Shown here piece after piece: positions 16,951-25,969 of a stretch of 64,000 nucleotides of DNA (position 1 is its first letter; each line of letters begins with the position of its first letter). The stretch spans positions 14,499-78,498 of the forward strand of contig CAKKSD010000050.1 of the NCBI GenBank assembly GCA_919902995.1, read 5' to 3'. The notes below the pieces were generated by a model that was given only the letters and a program-made list of their open reading frames with translations, was not told where the DNA came from and did no database searches. Origin of the DNA: Thermodesulfovibrionia bacterium (GTDB taxonomy: Bacteria > Nitrospirota > Thermodesulfovibrionia > JACRGW01). Made by a program: the position numbers and the translations under genes.

Positions 16951-17568
16951 TACCTCTTTCCCCTTAAACATCTTCAACCTGTAATAGGCCTCCCTTTCCC
17001 TCTCTCCGATATACTGGGAGATTGTCTTTATCTGATTTCTGAGGTCAGGCTGTATCCTTTCTTCAAGAACCCGTATTCTCCTTGTTATCCTAAGAATCTC
17101 ATCACCGAGCCTTTTCAGTTTACTCTCGAAGGTTGAGATCTCAAGCATCGTAGCAACGATAGATTCAAAGCGATGGGTACATTCATCAAGATGTGGTGTA
17201 GTGGAGAGGTAGTCATAACCCCTCTCTTCGGGAGACCTAACAAGTGTTTCGTGTACTACTACATCCCTGTACTTCAGTCCCCAGATGCTCTTTTCGTTTA
17301 TCTCAACTCCTAATTCCCTTTTGGTAACTGCTGTTATTGACTCAATGCAGTCCTTCCCCTCATGTCCAAGGCTAAGTTTCAGTTCTTCGATAGCCTTTCC
17401 ATATGTCTTTCTTATCTCCTCCCTCGACCTCAGAAAGGGAAGGGTTGTATTAAGAAATTCCTTTATAAGGGCCTGTCTCCTTGCCTTGAGAATCCCTATA
17501 CTGTTTGTAACTGACCGCGATTTTTCCTTAAGTATTAATAGATTTGTCCTTGTAGGGTGTATTATCAT
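16948..17568 (-). CDS. V-type (A/V) ATP synthase subunit D
   Basis: 206 aa. The N-terminus MIIHPTRTNLL.LK....S...G..LK.RR.AL matches the PTRM.L motif, and the C-terminus ...RITRRIRVLEERIQP.....I..I...ERE..YRLK matches NtpD/AtpD of V-ATPases across the full length. Confidence 0.85.
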   Translation of the reverse strand: MIIHPTRTNLLILKEKSRSVTNSIGILKARRQALIKEFLNTTLPFLRSREEIRKTYGKAIEELKLSLGHEGKDCIESITAVTKRELGVEINEKSIWGLKYRDVVVHETLVRSPEERGYDYLSTTPHLDECTHRFESIVATMLEISTFESKLKRLGDEILRITRRIRVLEERIQPDLRNQIKTISQYIGEREREAYYRLKMFKGKEV

Positions 17569-17705
17569 CCTTTATTTATATGGCATGAAAAACATTCATC
17601 ATTTGTAAATGCATAAGATGGAACCGGCAGAAAGAAGATGAAGAATAAAAGTAGGAGAAACCCATGTGTCATGATTTTATTCCACAGAATCGATAGCTAT
17701 CATAC

Positions 17706-18716
17706 CTATTTCTTTTTAGGAAAAAAATAATCAATATTCGATTCTATGTACCCTTCGTATGCCACAACCAGTTCTACTTTTAAAGGTGTGACCTTCATTA
17801 ACTCCAGAAGTATATTAGGGTCCTGAGGTTGTGAAGTGGCTACAACAAGAATATCCTTTCCTTTCTTTTCAACTGGAATCACCTCTAACTTCCTCACAAC
17901 CTCTTCAGGTAAAATTGTAGCGACCTCTTTTGAAATACTCTTATCGGACAAATCTACCCATGGCAAATGAAGTTGAGTCGCCAAGGCAATACAGATATCA
18001 TTCGGTGTAAGATATTTAAGATCCACTAAGATTTGTCCCAATTTTTTCTTCGTATGCTCATGCTGGATGTTAAGTGCATTATCCAGTTGCTCATTTGAAA
18101 TGTAACCAGCCCCCATTAAAATCTCTCCTAATAAATTAGGTGTTTCCTTCTGTTTCTGCAAAGATTCATGCAATTGTTTTTGATTTATGATCTTCTTCTC
18201 TTGTAGAATAGAGCCAATTTTTTTCTCCCGCATCTTTCTCTGCTCCATGAGACCACTATTCAACCGTTGAATATCGATCTTTTTCTGATCAAGCAAGATT
18301 TTCCCTAAAAGCCTTTTTGAATCGATATTTTTTACTGCTTCGGCATTAACATAAATCCTCTCACTTTTATCTCCTGGATTAAGAGGAATCAAAAAGAATC
18401 CTTTATCGTTAGGATCATATTTAATAGTAGAACCGGTAATTATAGTGCCATCTTTTAATTCAATGGCAAGTTTAAAGGCCACTGTGCTCGCAAACATGGA
18501 TTGATCTATTGTTTCTGTTCGCAAAGGTGATCTTGTCTCGCCCTCTTTTTTTAAAAATAAAATCTCCTTTACTGAATCTATCTTTACTGTTTCAGTCTCT
18601 GTTGTTCCGTCTTCATTTTCGGTCTGCATGTGAAAGGTAGGTTGATTCATATGGAAGGAGTAAACAATTCCCCTTTTTTCTTCTCCGGAAAGAAATTTAA
18701 CTATAACTTTTGACAT
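17706..18716 (-). CDS. MshEN-type c-di-GMP-binding domain plus T2SSE_N (GspE N-terminal) domain protein without ATPase; N-terminal duplicated small beta domain
   Basis: Two tandem 24-aa MshEN motifs, KIGSILQEKKIINQKQLHESLQKQ and LLGEILMGAGYISNEQLDNALNIQ, are separated by a 5-aa spacer. They are followed by a GspE_N-like region, LATQLHLPWVDL...VVATSQPQDPNILLEL. Confidence 0.7.
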   Translation of the reverse strand: MSKVIVKFLSGEEKRGIVYSFHMNQPTFHMQTENEDGTTETETVKIDSVKEILFLKKEGETRSPLRTETIDQSMFASTVAFKLAIELKDGTIITGSTIKYDPNDKGFFLIPLNPGDKSERIYVNAEAVKNIDSKRLLGKILLDQKKIDIQRLNSGLMEQRKMREKKIGSILQEKKIINQKQLHESLQKQKETPNLLGEILMGAGYISNEQLDNALNIQHEHTKKKLGQILVDLKYLTPNDICIALATQLHLPWVDLSDKSISKEVATILPEEVVRKLEVIPVEKKGKDILVVATSQPQDPNILLELMKVTPLKVELVVAYEGYIESNIDYFFPKKK

Positions 18717-18721
18717 AGTAA

Positions 18722-18886
18722 TTAATTATACAATATGGACATACACATTTCGAGAAAATAAGGTCTTTCCCCAGAAATCCTATTTCTCCTCAAGACGAAA
18801 CCTCCAGACCTCCTCTTCTCACCATCGAGTGTATCCTGAATTTCTTTCTCAACCTCTATTACCTTTGTCAGTATATCCTTTTCCAT
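18722..18886 (-). CDS. Candidate small ORF (54 aa) immediately upstream of the MshEN gene; N-terminal half helical (MEKDILTKVIEVEKEIQDTLDGEKRR)
   Basis: The ORF ends 5 nt before the MshEN start. It has no clear SD, and its N-terminus loosely resembles a peripheral-stalk-type coiled coil. This call is very tentative. Confidence 0.2.
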   Translation of the reverse strand: MEKDILTKVIEVEKEIQDTLDGEKRRSGGFVLRRNRISGERPYFLEMCMSILYN

Positions 18887-18893
18887 CTTATAT

Positions 18894-18930
18894 AAAAACA
18901 GAGGGGTAACCTATAACGGTTACCCCTTTA
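18894..18930 (-). terminator. Rho-independent terminator for the repeat protein gene (bidirectionally palindromic)
   Basis: GAGGGGTAACC-tataac-GGTTACCCC, with TGTTTTTAT following on the minus strand. Confidence 0.55.
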
Positions 18931-18970
18931 CAATTTACGAGGTATCTGATCACAAACATAAAGTGATTTT

Positions 18971-19459
18971 CTATCTCCAATGTCCTGGAACCCAGCGGCC
19001 GCCTGGTCCACGACGTCCCGGCACCCACTTCTTCCCCCGGGGTGGTTCTCCCTTCCAGTGACCGGGAATCCATTTATCATCTTCCCAGTGACCAGGAACC
19101 CAATGAGCACCTGTGCCTGGTGATTGCATCGCCTTCCAGTGGCCTGCTACCCATCTTTTACCATCCCAGTAACCAGGAACCCATTCCTTGCCTGGCGGAG
19201 GAGGTGTTGGGTCAGGCACCCATTTACCTTCTACCCAGATATACGGTCCTTCTCCAGGCGGTGAGTCAACAGGTATCCATTTCCCTTCCGTTTTCACCCA
19301 TACTTTACCTGGAGGCGGTGGCTCTTTAGGTACCGCCATCGAAGAAGTACTTAAGAAAAAGAACAAAGATGCACTAAAAAGCGATATAAACATAACCTTA
19401 ATAAAGAACCGTTGATCAGTTCTTTTCCCTAACATTTCATTCTGCTTACTCCCTTCCAT
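18971..19459 (-). CDS. Secreted Pro/Trp-rich repeat protein with at least 6 copies of K/R-W-[VI]-P-G-[HY]-W
   Basis: There is GGAGG 6 nt upstream of the ATG. A positively charged N-region, a hydrophobic stretch and SMA-VP form a signal peptide, followed by PPPPG and repeats KWIPV, YIWVEGKW, EWVPGYW, RWVAGHW, HWVPGHW, KWIPGHW, KWVPG and RWVPGHW. Confidence 0.6.
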   Translation of the reverse strand: MEGSKQNEMLGKRTDQRFFIKVMFISLFSASLFFFLSTSSMAVPKEPPPPGKVWVKTEGKWIPVDSPPGEGPYIWVEGKWVPDPTPPPPGKEWVPGYWDGKRWVAGHWKAMQSPGTGAHWVPGHWEDDKWIPGHWKGEPPRGKKWVPGRRGPGGRWVPGHWR

Positions 19460-19507
19460 AGAACCTCCTTTCTCTGCCTTCTGCAGTAAGTTAAAATATT
19501 ATCTCTA

Positions 19508-20485
19508 TCATCCTTCTGTACCCTCTTCAAAGGTACCGATTCTTCTAAATTTCTCATATCTTCTGTTTATAAGCTCATCAATTGGCATTTGGAAAAGACC
19601 CCTCAAGTTTCTTTTTATTGCCTCTCCCAGGGTCTCGGCTGTTTCGTTAGGATTTCTGTGGGCTCCCCCTAATGGTTCCTTAATTATCTCATCCACTATC
19701 CCCAAATTAAAAAGTTCCTGGGCAGTTAGTTTCAGCGCCTCTGCTGCTCTATCGATCTCATCCTGATCTACAGACTGTCCATCCTTCTTCCATAGGATAG
19801 CGGCACACCCCTCAGGGGAAATAACAGAATATACAGAGTGCTCAAGCATAAGAATTCTATCACCAACACCCAATGCCAGTGCCCCACCACTTCCACCTTC
19901 ACCTATCACTACTACAATAATGGGCATTCTGATGGTTACCATCTCCTTAAGATTCCTGGCTATTGCCTCTCCCTGCCCCCTCTCTTCAGCCCCTATTCCG
20001 GGATATGCCCCGGGTGTATCAACAAAGGTGATAACGGGTTTCTGAAATTTCTCTGCCAGTTTCATAACTCTTAGTGCCTTACGGTTACCCTCCGGATGGG
20101 GCTGTCCGAAGTTTCTGTATATCCTTTCTCTCGTTCCTCTCCCCTTCTGATGACCTATCACTATCACAGGAATTCTATCGAGCCGTGCAAGGCCAGCCAT
20201 AATAGAGGGGTCATCTCCGAAGAAACGGTCTCCATGAATCTCTATAAAATCCTCCATAAGAAAGTCTACGTAATCAGTTGTGTAAGGTCTCGATGGATGA
20301 CGGGCTGTTAGGGTCTTCTGCCATGGAGTAAGGTGAGAATATATCTCCACCATTAAACCCTCTGCCTTTTGCTCGAGCCTCTGAATCTCTTCGATGCTCT
20401 TGCCATCAGAGAGACGTCTGAGTTCTTCAATCCTTTTATTTATCTCGGCAACAGGTTTTTCAAAATCTAAATAGTCAATAGTCAT
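19508..20485 (-). CDS. accA: Acetyl-CoA carboxylase carboxyltransferase subunit alpha
   Basis: 325 aa; the full-length profile, including the [12 protein letters not shown]-terminus and carboxyltransferase motifs, matches AccA. Confidence 0.9.
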   Translation of the reverse strand: MTIDYLDFEKPVAEINKRIEELRRLSDGKSIEEIQRLEQKAEGLMVEIYSHLTPWQKTLTARHPSRPYTTDYVDFLMEDFIEIHGDRFFGDDPSIMAGLARLDRIPVIVIGHQKGRGTRERIYRNFGQPHPEGNRKALRVMKLAEKFQKPVITFVDTPGAYPGIGAEERGQGEAIARNLKEMVTIRMPIIVVVIGEGGSGGALALGVGDRILMLEHSVYSVISPEGCAAILWKKDGQSVDQDEIDRAAEALKLTAQELFNLGIVDEIIKEPLGGAHRNPNETAETLGEAIKRNLRGLFQMPIDELINRRYEKFRRIGTFEEGTEG

Positions 20486-20551
20486 TTCTTAAAAATCCAA
20501 ACAGCAAAATTCAAATGTCAAATTTGAACTTTGAGCTTTGATATTTGAGTT

Positions 20552-23500
20552 TTAGTCCTTAACAATAAGAACCTTCCCGTCCAGGGTTTTTTCTATCTCA
20601 GAGATGAAAGACTCAGAGGGATCGACCTTAAGGTTTCCCACTGCGATTAATGACTCCTTCTGGTTTACCCGAAACCTGATGAAAACAGGACAACTGCCAG
20701 GATAATTAAGAAAAATCTTCTTCATATGGGTTAGATCATCCTCTTTAATGTTGTCAGAATTGAGTCTCACCTCTACCCTCCTACTATTCCCCCCTGCGGA
20801 AATGCTTGAAAGAGTCCTGATGTTCTTAGCCTTTATTTTGATCCCATTTTCTGCCTTATCTATCTCACCTGTTATGATGAGGGGTAAATCCTTAGAAAGA
20901 TTCTCTGAATATTTTTTAAAAAGATCAGGAAAAACAAGTACCTCAACAGTACCATGAAGGTCTTCAACTGTTACAGTTGCCATTGCCTCACCTTTCTTTG
21001 TTGTTAATCTTTTCATCCTGTTCACAGTCCCACCAATGGTAACCTCCTGCCTGTCCTGGAGATCAGGGATTCTGGATGAGGGAATAGTATACCTGCTGAG
21101 TTCCCCTTCATAACTTGCAAGGGGATGACCCGTAATATATAGACCCAGTGTTTCCTTCTCAAAGGAAAGTATCTGGTGCTCACTCCACTCGGGTATTTCA
21201 GGGAGATCATAGTAGTGGTGAACTTCTGAATCTCTTACCGCATTGAAGATACTCACCTGTCCCTGTATATTCTCTCTCTTGAACCCTTCTGCCCATTCTA
21301 TTGCGGTTTCGAGAACATGCATAAGTTGAGACCTCTTCGCTCCTGAAGAATCGAATGCCCCTGCCTTAATAAGGACCTCCAGTACCTTTCTGTTAACCTT
21401 TCTGAGGTCTACCCTTTTACAGAAATCAAAAAGGGACGAGAATTCTCCTTCCTTTTCCCTGCTGATTAATATAGAGTCGAGTGCTGCTGTACCTACATTC
21501 TTTATTGCCGACAGTCCGAAACGGATACTATCTCTCTCTACAGTAAACTCTTTATAGCTTTTGTTAATATGAGGAGGAAGAACGCTAATGCCAATCTCCT
21601 TACATTCACTTATATATCTCGCTATCTTATCGGTATCGTCCATCTCACAGGTAAGGAGCGATGCCATGAATTCGAGGGGGTAATGGGCCTTGAGATAGGC
21701 AGTCCTGTAAGCGATCATAGCATAGGCAGCAGAATGAGATTTATTAAATCCGTATCCTGCAAAATAGGCCATAAGATCGAAAATCTTCTCTGCCTTCTTC
21801 TCACTTATACCCTTTGATTTAGCACCCTGAATGAAAAGCTTTTTCTGCTTTTCCATTTCGTCTGGCTTCTTCTTCCCCATTGCCTGCCTGAGGATGTCCG
21901 CCTCACCGAGGCTGAAACCTGCAAGGATGTTTGCTATTTCTATTACCTGTTCCTGATAAAGGATTACTCCGTGTGTTTCCCTGAGGATGTTCTCTAATTG
22001 AGGGACTTCATATTTTGTTGGAATAAGCCCTTTCCTTCTTTTGATATAGTCATCCACCATTCTGCTACCGAGAGGACCTGGTCTGTACAGGGCAACGAGC
22101 GCAATAAGGTCTTCAAAACTTTTCGGTCCCATTTTAATAATAAGCTCCCTCATGCCGGGGCTTTCGAGCTGGAATATTCCGAATGTATTCCCTGATGATA
22201 ACAGATCGTATGTCTTCTGGTCTTTGAGCGATATTACCTTTATAGAGAAATCACTCTGCCCATCTTTTCCTTTTCTTATCAGTCTTTCCGCCATGTCTAT
22301 GACAGTGAGGGTTTTAAGACCAAGGAAATCAAACTTAACAAGCCCTATCTTTTCTATGGCCTTCATACCATACTGGGATGTTATCTCATCATTTTGACCC
22401 TTATATAACGGGAGGTGTTCTGTGAGTGGATTCCGCGATATCACCACACCTGCGGCATGTGTCGAGGCATGGCGGGGAAGACCTTCAAGAGACCTTGCAA
22501 TACTAAAGAGTTCCTGTATCTTGGTGTTTGTCTCAACAATCTCCTTCAGCCTCGGCTCAGACTGTAGTGCCTTTTCAAGTGTGATGTGAGGAATATTGGG
22601 TACGAGTTTAGCAACCTTATCAACCTCGGCATAAGGGATATCTAATACCCTTCCCACATCCCTTATAACACCCCTGGCAGCCATTGTACCGAAGGTTATA
22701 ATTTGAGTAACATGGTCAGAACCGTATTTCTCTGTAACATAATCTATCACCCTTTCTCGGTGGTCCATACAGAAATCTACATCTATATCGGGCATGCTTA
22801 TCCTTGCAGGGTTAAGGAACCTTTCAAAAAGTAGCCCGTAAGGTATCGGGTCTATCTCTGTAATCCCAAGGGTAAGGGCAACAAGGCTTCCTGCGGCAGA
22901 GCCCCTGCCAGGTCCAACCGGTATCAGATTTTTCTTCGCATACTGAATGAAGTCCCAGACTATCAGAAAATATCCAGCAAAACCCATAGATCTTATTATC
23001 TTCAGTTCATTCTCCATTCTTCTTTTGTATATCTCCGGGTCGCCTGGTCTAATATCATCGAGATATTTATCAAGCCCCTTCCTCGCAAGTTCCTCCAGAT
23101 AGCCTTCCTTTGTATAACCATCAGGTACCTCAAAATAGGGCAGATTAATCTCGTCAAGTTTGAGTTCGAGGTTACATCTTTCAGCGATCTCCCTGGTATT
23201 GAGTATAGCCTCTGGAATTTCACTGAAGGATAATTTCATCTCTTCGGGAGATTTGAAGTAAAATTCATCAGTCGAAAACCTCATCCTGTCCTTATCATTT
23301 ACGGTCTTTCCTGTCTGTATACAGAGGAGGATATCATGGGCCTTTGCATCCTCTCTTCTGAGATAATGGCTATCAGCTGTTGCTACAACAGGGATATGGA
23401 GTTCCTGCCCGAGCTCTATCAGTTTACTATTCAAATTCTTCTGTTCAGGTATTCCGTTATCCTGAATCTCTAAATAGAAATTCCCTGCACCGAGAATTCT

Positions 23501-23998
23501 CTTATAGCGTAAGGCTGATTCCCTTGCTCCATCTATATTCCCCTGCGAGAGGAGAAAAGGTACCTCGCCCTTAAGACATGCCGATAATCCGATAAGTCCC
23601 CCGCAATACTGCTCGAGGATTTCATTGTCTATTCTCGGTCTGTAATAGAAGCCTTCTAAATAGGCAGCGCTCACAAGCTTCATAAGATTCTTATATCCAT
23701 TTATATCCCTGGCAAGAAGAACAAGGTGATAAGATGCCTCTGTTATCCCATGGGTTTTTTTCTCAAACCGACTATAAGGGGATATATAGACCTCACAACC
23801 TATGATAGGCTTTATACCTGATTTTATTGTTTCCCTGTAGAACTCTATCGCCCCGAAGAGGTTACCATGATCAGTAATAGCGATGGCCGCCATCTTGTAC
23901 TCATGAGCTTTCTCAAGCAGAGGTTTTATCCTTATCGCACCGTCAAGAAGGCTATATTTGGTATGAAGATGCAGAGGAACAAAATCGGAATGATGCAT
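20552..23998 (-). CDS. dnaE: DNA polymerase III subunit alpha
   Basis: 1148 aa with a PHP domain (HLHTKYSLLDGA), polymerase core and OB fold. No intein-sized insertion is present. Confidence 0.95.
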   Translation of the reverse strand: MHHSDFVPLHLHTKYSLLDGAIRIKPLLEKAHEYKMAAIAITDHGNLFGAIEFYRETIKSGIKPIIGCEVYISPYSRFEKKTHGITEASYHLVLLARDINGYKNLMKLVSAAYLEGFYYRPRIDNEILEQYCGGLIGLSACLKGEVPFLLSQGNIDGARESALRYKRILGAGNFYLEIQDNGIPEQKNLNSKLIELGQELHIPVVATADSHYLRREDAKAHDILLCIQTGKTVNDKDRMRFSTDEFYFKSPEEMKLSFSEIPEAILNTREIAERCNLELKLDEINLPYFEVPDGYTKEGYLEELARKGLDKYLDDIRPGDPEIYKRRMENELKIIRSMGFAGYFLIVWDFIQYAKKNLIPVGPGRGSAAGSLVALTLGITEIDPIPYGLLFERFLNPARISMPDIDVDFCMDHRERVIDYVTEKYGSDHVTQIITFGTMAARGVIRDVGRVLDIPYAEVDKVAKLVPNIPHITLEKALQSEPRLKEIVETNTKIQELFSIARSLEGLPRHASTHAAGVVISRNPLTEHLPLYKGQNDEITSQYGMKAIEKIGLVKFDFLGLKTLTVIDMAERLIRKGKDGQSDFSIKVISLKDQKTYDLLSSGNTFGIFQLESPGMRELIIKMGPKSFEDLIALVALYRPGPLGSRMVDDYIKRRKGLIPTKYEVPQLENILRETHGVILYQEQVIEIANILAGFSLGEADILRQAMGKKKPDEMEKQKKLFIQGAKSKGISEKKAEKIFDLMAYFAGYGFNKSHSAAYAMIAYRTAYLKAHYPLEFMASLLTCEMDDTDKIARYISECKEIGISVLPPHINKSYKEFTVERDSIRFGLSAIKNVGTAALDSILISREKEGEFSSLFDFCKRVDLRKVNRKVLEVLIKAGAFDSSGAKRSQLMHVLETAIEWAEGFKRENIQGQVSIFNAVRDSEVHHYYDLPEIPEWSEHQILSFEKETLGLYITGHPLASYEGELSRYTIPSSRIPDLQDRQEVTIGGTVNRMKRLTTKKGEAMATVTVEDLHGTVEVLVFPDLFKKYSENLSKDLPLIITGEIDKAENGIKIKAKNIRTLSSISAGGNSRRVEVRLNSDNIKEDDLTHMKKIFLNYPGSCPVFIRFRVNQKESLIAVGNLKVDPSESFISEIEKTLDGKVLIVKD

Positions 23999-24308
23999 AT
24001 AAATTATTATACCTTTTTATGCTTTAAAGTCAATAAATTGTATAAGCAACATCTTTCATAGAGTCTTCTTAGATTCCTTCTGCGTCTTCGGCCCTTTTGT
24101 TCTTCTGAATTATAGTACTTATGCTCTATTTTCTCTCTTGCAAATCCTGCTTAAAGCTATTAAGATTTAATCTGTTTATGACTCGTCTATGCCCCATGGG
24201 TAGAGTGGACGTGTCCATGACGGGGACATGAGAAAGAATGTTATTATCCATTAGCGTCTTTTACAGTTATAGAAAAAGCGGGTACTTTGATATAGAATAG
24301 GATAAACA

Positions 24309-24617
24309 ATGGACGTGGTAAAATCAATTAACGGTGTACCGGTGAGGCTGACCGATGAAAGGTGGATTCATATTATCGAAAACCATGATGATTTAGCCGG
24401 TTATTATGACGAAGTTCTCGGTACCATTGAATCTCCAGATTATGTTATTAAGGGCTATGAACACGCACTGATAGCATTGAAAAAATCAGAGGGAAACAGG
24501 TTTCTCGCCGTAGTTTATAAGGAGATTGGTAAAAAAGACGGTTTTATTATAACCGCATATTTCACAAGTAAAATAAAACTTGAAAGAGAGGTGATTGTAT
24601 GGCAACGACAGGCATAG
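24309..24617 (+). CDS. Putative toxin of DUF4258-like family (partner of DUF2283)
   Basis: 102 aa with 19-nt overlap onto the downstream DUF2283 gene. The family assignment is tentative. Confidence 0.4.
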   Translation: MDVVKSINGVPVRLTDERWIHIIENHDDLAGYYDEVLGTIESPDYVIKGYEHALIALKKSEGNRFLAVVYKEIGKKDGFIITAYFTSKIKLEREVIVWQRQA

Positions 24618-24838
24618 ACAAGACACTAAAGGAAGTTCAAGCGCTCGTTTCTCATTTAATAAAATTGCCGGCGACCAAGATGTGGATAGATTATGATAAA
24701 GAGGCTGATGTGCTTTATATCAGCTTTAAAAGGCCCCAGAGAGCAACTGATTCAGAGATGCTTAAAAACGGTGTATTGCTCCGATATAAAGAAAAAGAGT
24801 TAGTCGGTATAACAGTATTGGAGGCATCAAAAAGATAA
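24599..24838 (+). CDS. DUF2283 family protein (putative antitoxin)
   Basis: 79 aa with the motif WIDYDKEADVLYISF typical of DUF2283. Confidence 0.6.
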   Translation: MATTGIDKTLKEVQALVSHLIKLPATKMWIDYDKEADVLYISFKRPQRATDSEMLKNGVLLRYKEKELVGITVLEASKR

Positions 24839-25036
24839 ATCATGCCAAAAGAGAATAACAACCTTCCTCCTGGTCTTGCTGGCGGGGGAAAAGGACAGAG
24901 GCTGAAGGGATTCCCAGATCGAAGTTATCGACAAATAGTTTTGGGGACACATCCCATATTAGGGGCTTGGACGAGCATTGCTGGATCTCAAATTCCCTGC
25001 AAGGCAGGAAATATCAGGGACGGAATGGCAGTATAG

Positions 25037-25969
25037 TTACAATAATCCTTTTAACAACTTAACCCCTTCTCTCACTGCCTCTATTGATTTCAGGAAGGAA
25101 TTTTTTTCTTCTTCGGTAAGATCCAGCTCAACAACTTTTTCCACCCCTGCAGTTCCGAGAACTACAGGAACTCCCGCATAGATACCATCTATCCCGTATT
25201 CGCCATTGAGATAGGTAGAGCAGGGGAGGGTCTTCTTTCTGTTATTAACTATAGCATCAACCATTTCTACTGTTGCAGCAGCAGGTGCATAATAGGCGCT
25301 CCCTGTCTTCAGAAACCCTACTATCTCTGCCCCTGCCTTGCGTGTCCTTTCTACAAGTCTTTCTATCCTCTCTTTTGGAATCAACTCTGTTATAGGAGTT
25401 CCTGCTATAGTTGTATATCTTGGAAGGGGAACCATCAGATCTCCGTGATTCCCAATGACCATAGTATTTATCTTCTCAATGGATACATTGAATTCCTCTG
25501 CTATAAATGAGATAAACCGTGCAGAGTCGAGTACGCCTCCCATGCCTAAAACCCTTTTTTTGGGAAAACCACTGATCTCAGAGGCAACATATGTCATAAG
25601 GTCGAGGGGGTTAGTAACCACTATGATTAATGTCTGGGGAGATTTACTCGCAACCTCCCGAGTTACCAACTTCACTATCTCTGCGTTTGCCCTAAGGAGT
25701 TCATCCCTGCTCATACCGGGTTTCCTCGGAAGACCGGCTGTTATTATGGCTATATCAGAATCCGCAGTTTCTTTATAGTCATTAGTGCCGATAACACTAC
25801 AATCATATCCATAGAGGGGTGTAGATTGCTGAAGGTCCAGTGCCTTTCCCTGTGGAATCCCTTCGACTACATCTACGAGGATAACATCTCCGAGACCCTT
25901 CTCTAAAATCCTCTGGGCTACGGAGGCACCCACATTCCCCGCACCGACTATGGTGATCTTCTTATTCAC
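25037..25969 (-). CDS. mdh: Malate dehydrogenase (LDH-like MDH)
   Basis: 310 aa with the motif [14 protein letters not shown] and LDH/MDH core residues. Confidence 0.85.
   Translation of the reverse strand: MNKKITIVGAGNVGASVAQRILEKGLGDVILVDVVEGIPQGKALDLQQSTPLYGYDCSVIGTNDYKETADSDIAIITAGLPRKPGMSRDELLRANAEIVKLVTREVASKSPQTLIIVVTNPLDLMTYVASEISGFPKKRVLGMGGVLDSARFISFIAEEFNVSIEKINTMVIGNHGDLMVPLPRYTTIAGTPITELIPKERIERLVERTRKAGAEIVGFLKTGSAYYAPAAATVEMVDAIVNNRKKTLPCSTYLNGEYGIDGIYAGVPVVLGTAGVEKVVELDLTEEEKNSFLKSIEAVREGVKLLKGLL

Noticed and set aside
19042-19415. Plus-strand ORFs 19042-19329 and 19188-19415 antisense to the repeat protein gene
   Set aside because: These are artefacts of the periodic GC/Pro-Trp codon repeat. 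They lack start context and overlap a gene with strong SD, signal peptide and terminator.
20552-23998. Checked dnaE and polA for inteins or large insertions
   Set aside because: Lengths (1148 and 890 aa) and motif spacing are standard, with no extein-intein junction signatures.
24842-25036. 64-aa plus-strand ORF after the DUF2283 gene
   Set aside because: Gly/Pro-rich low-complexity translation with no SD and convergent with mdh. It is more likely non-coding 3'UTR/terminator sequence (see the low-interest finding).
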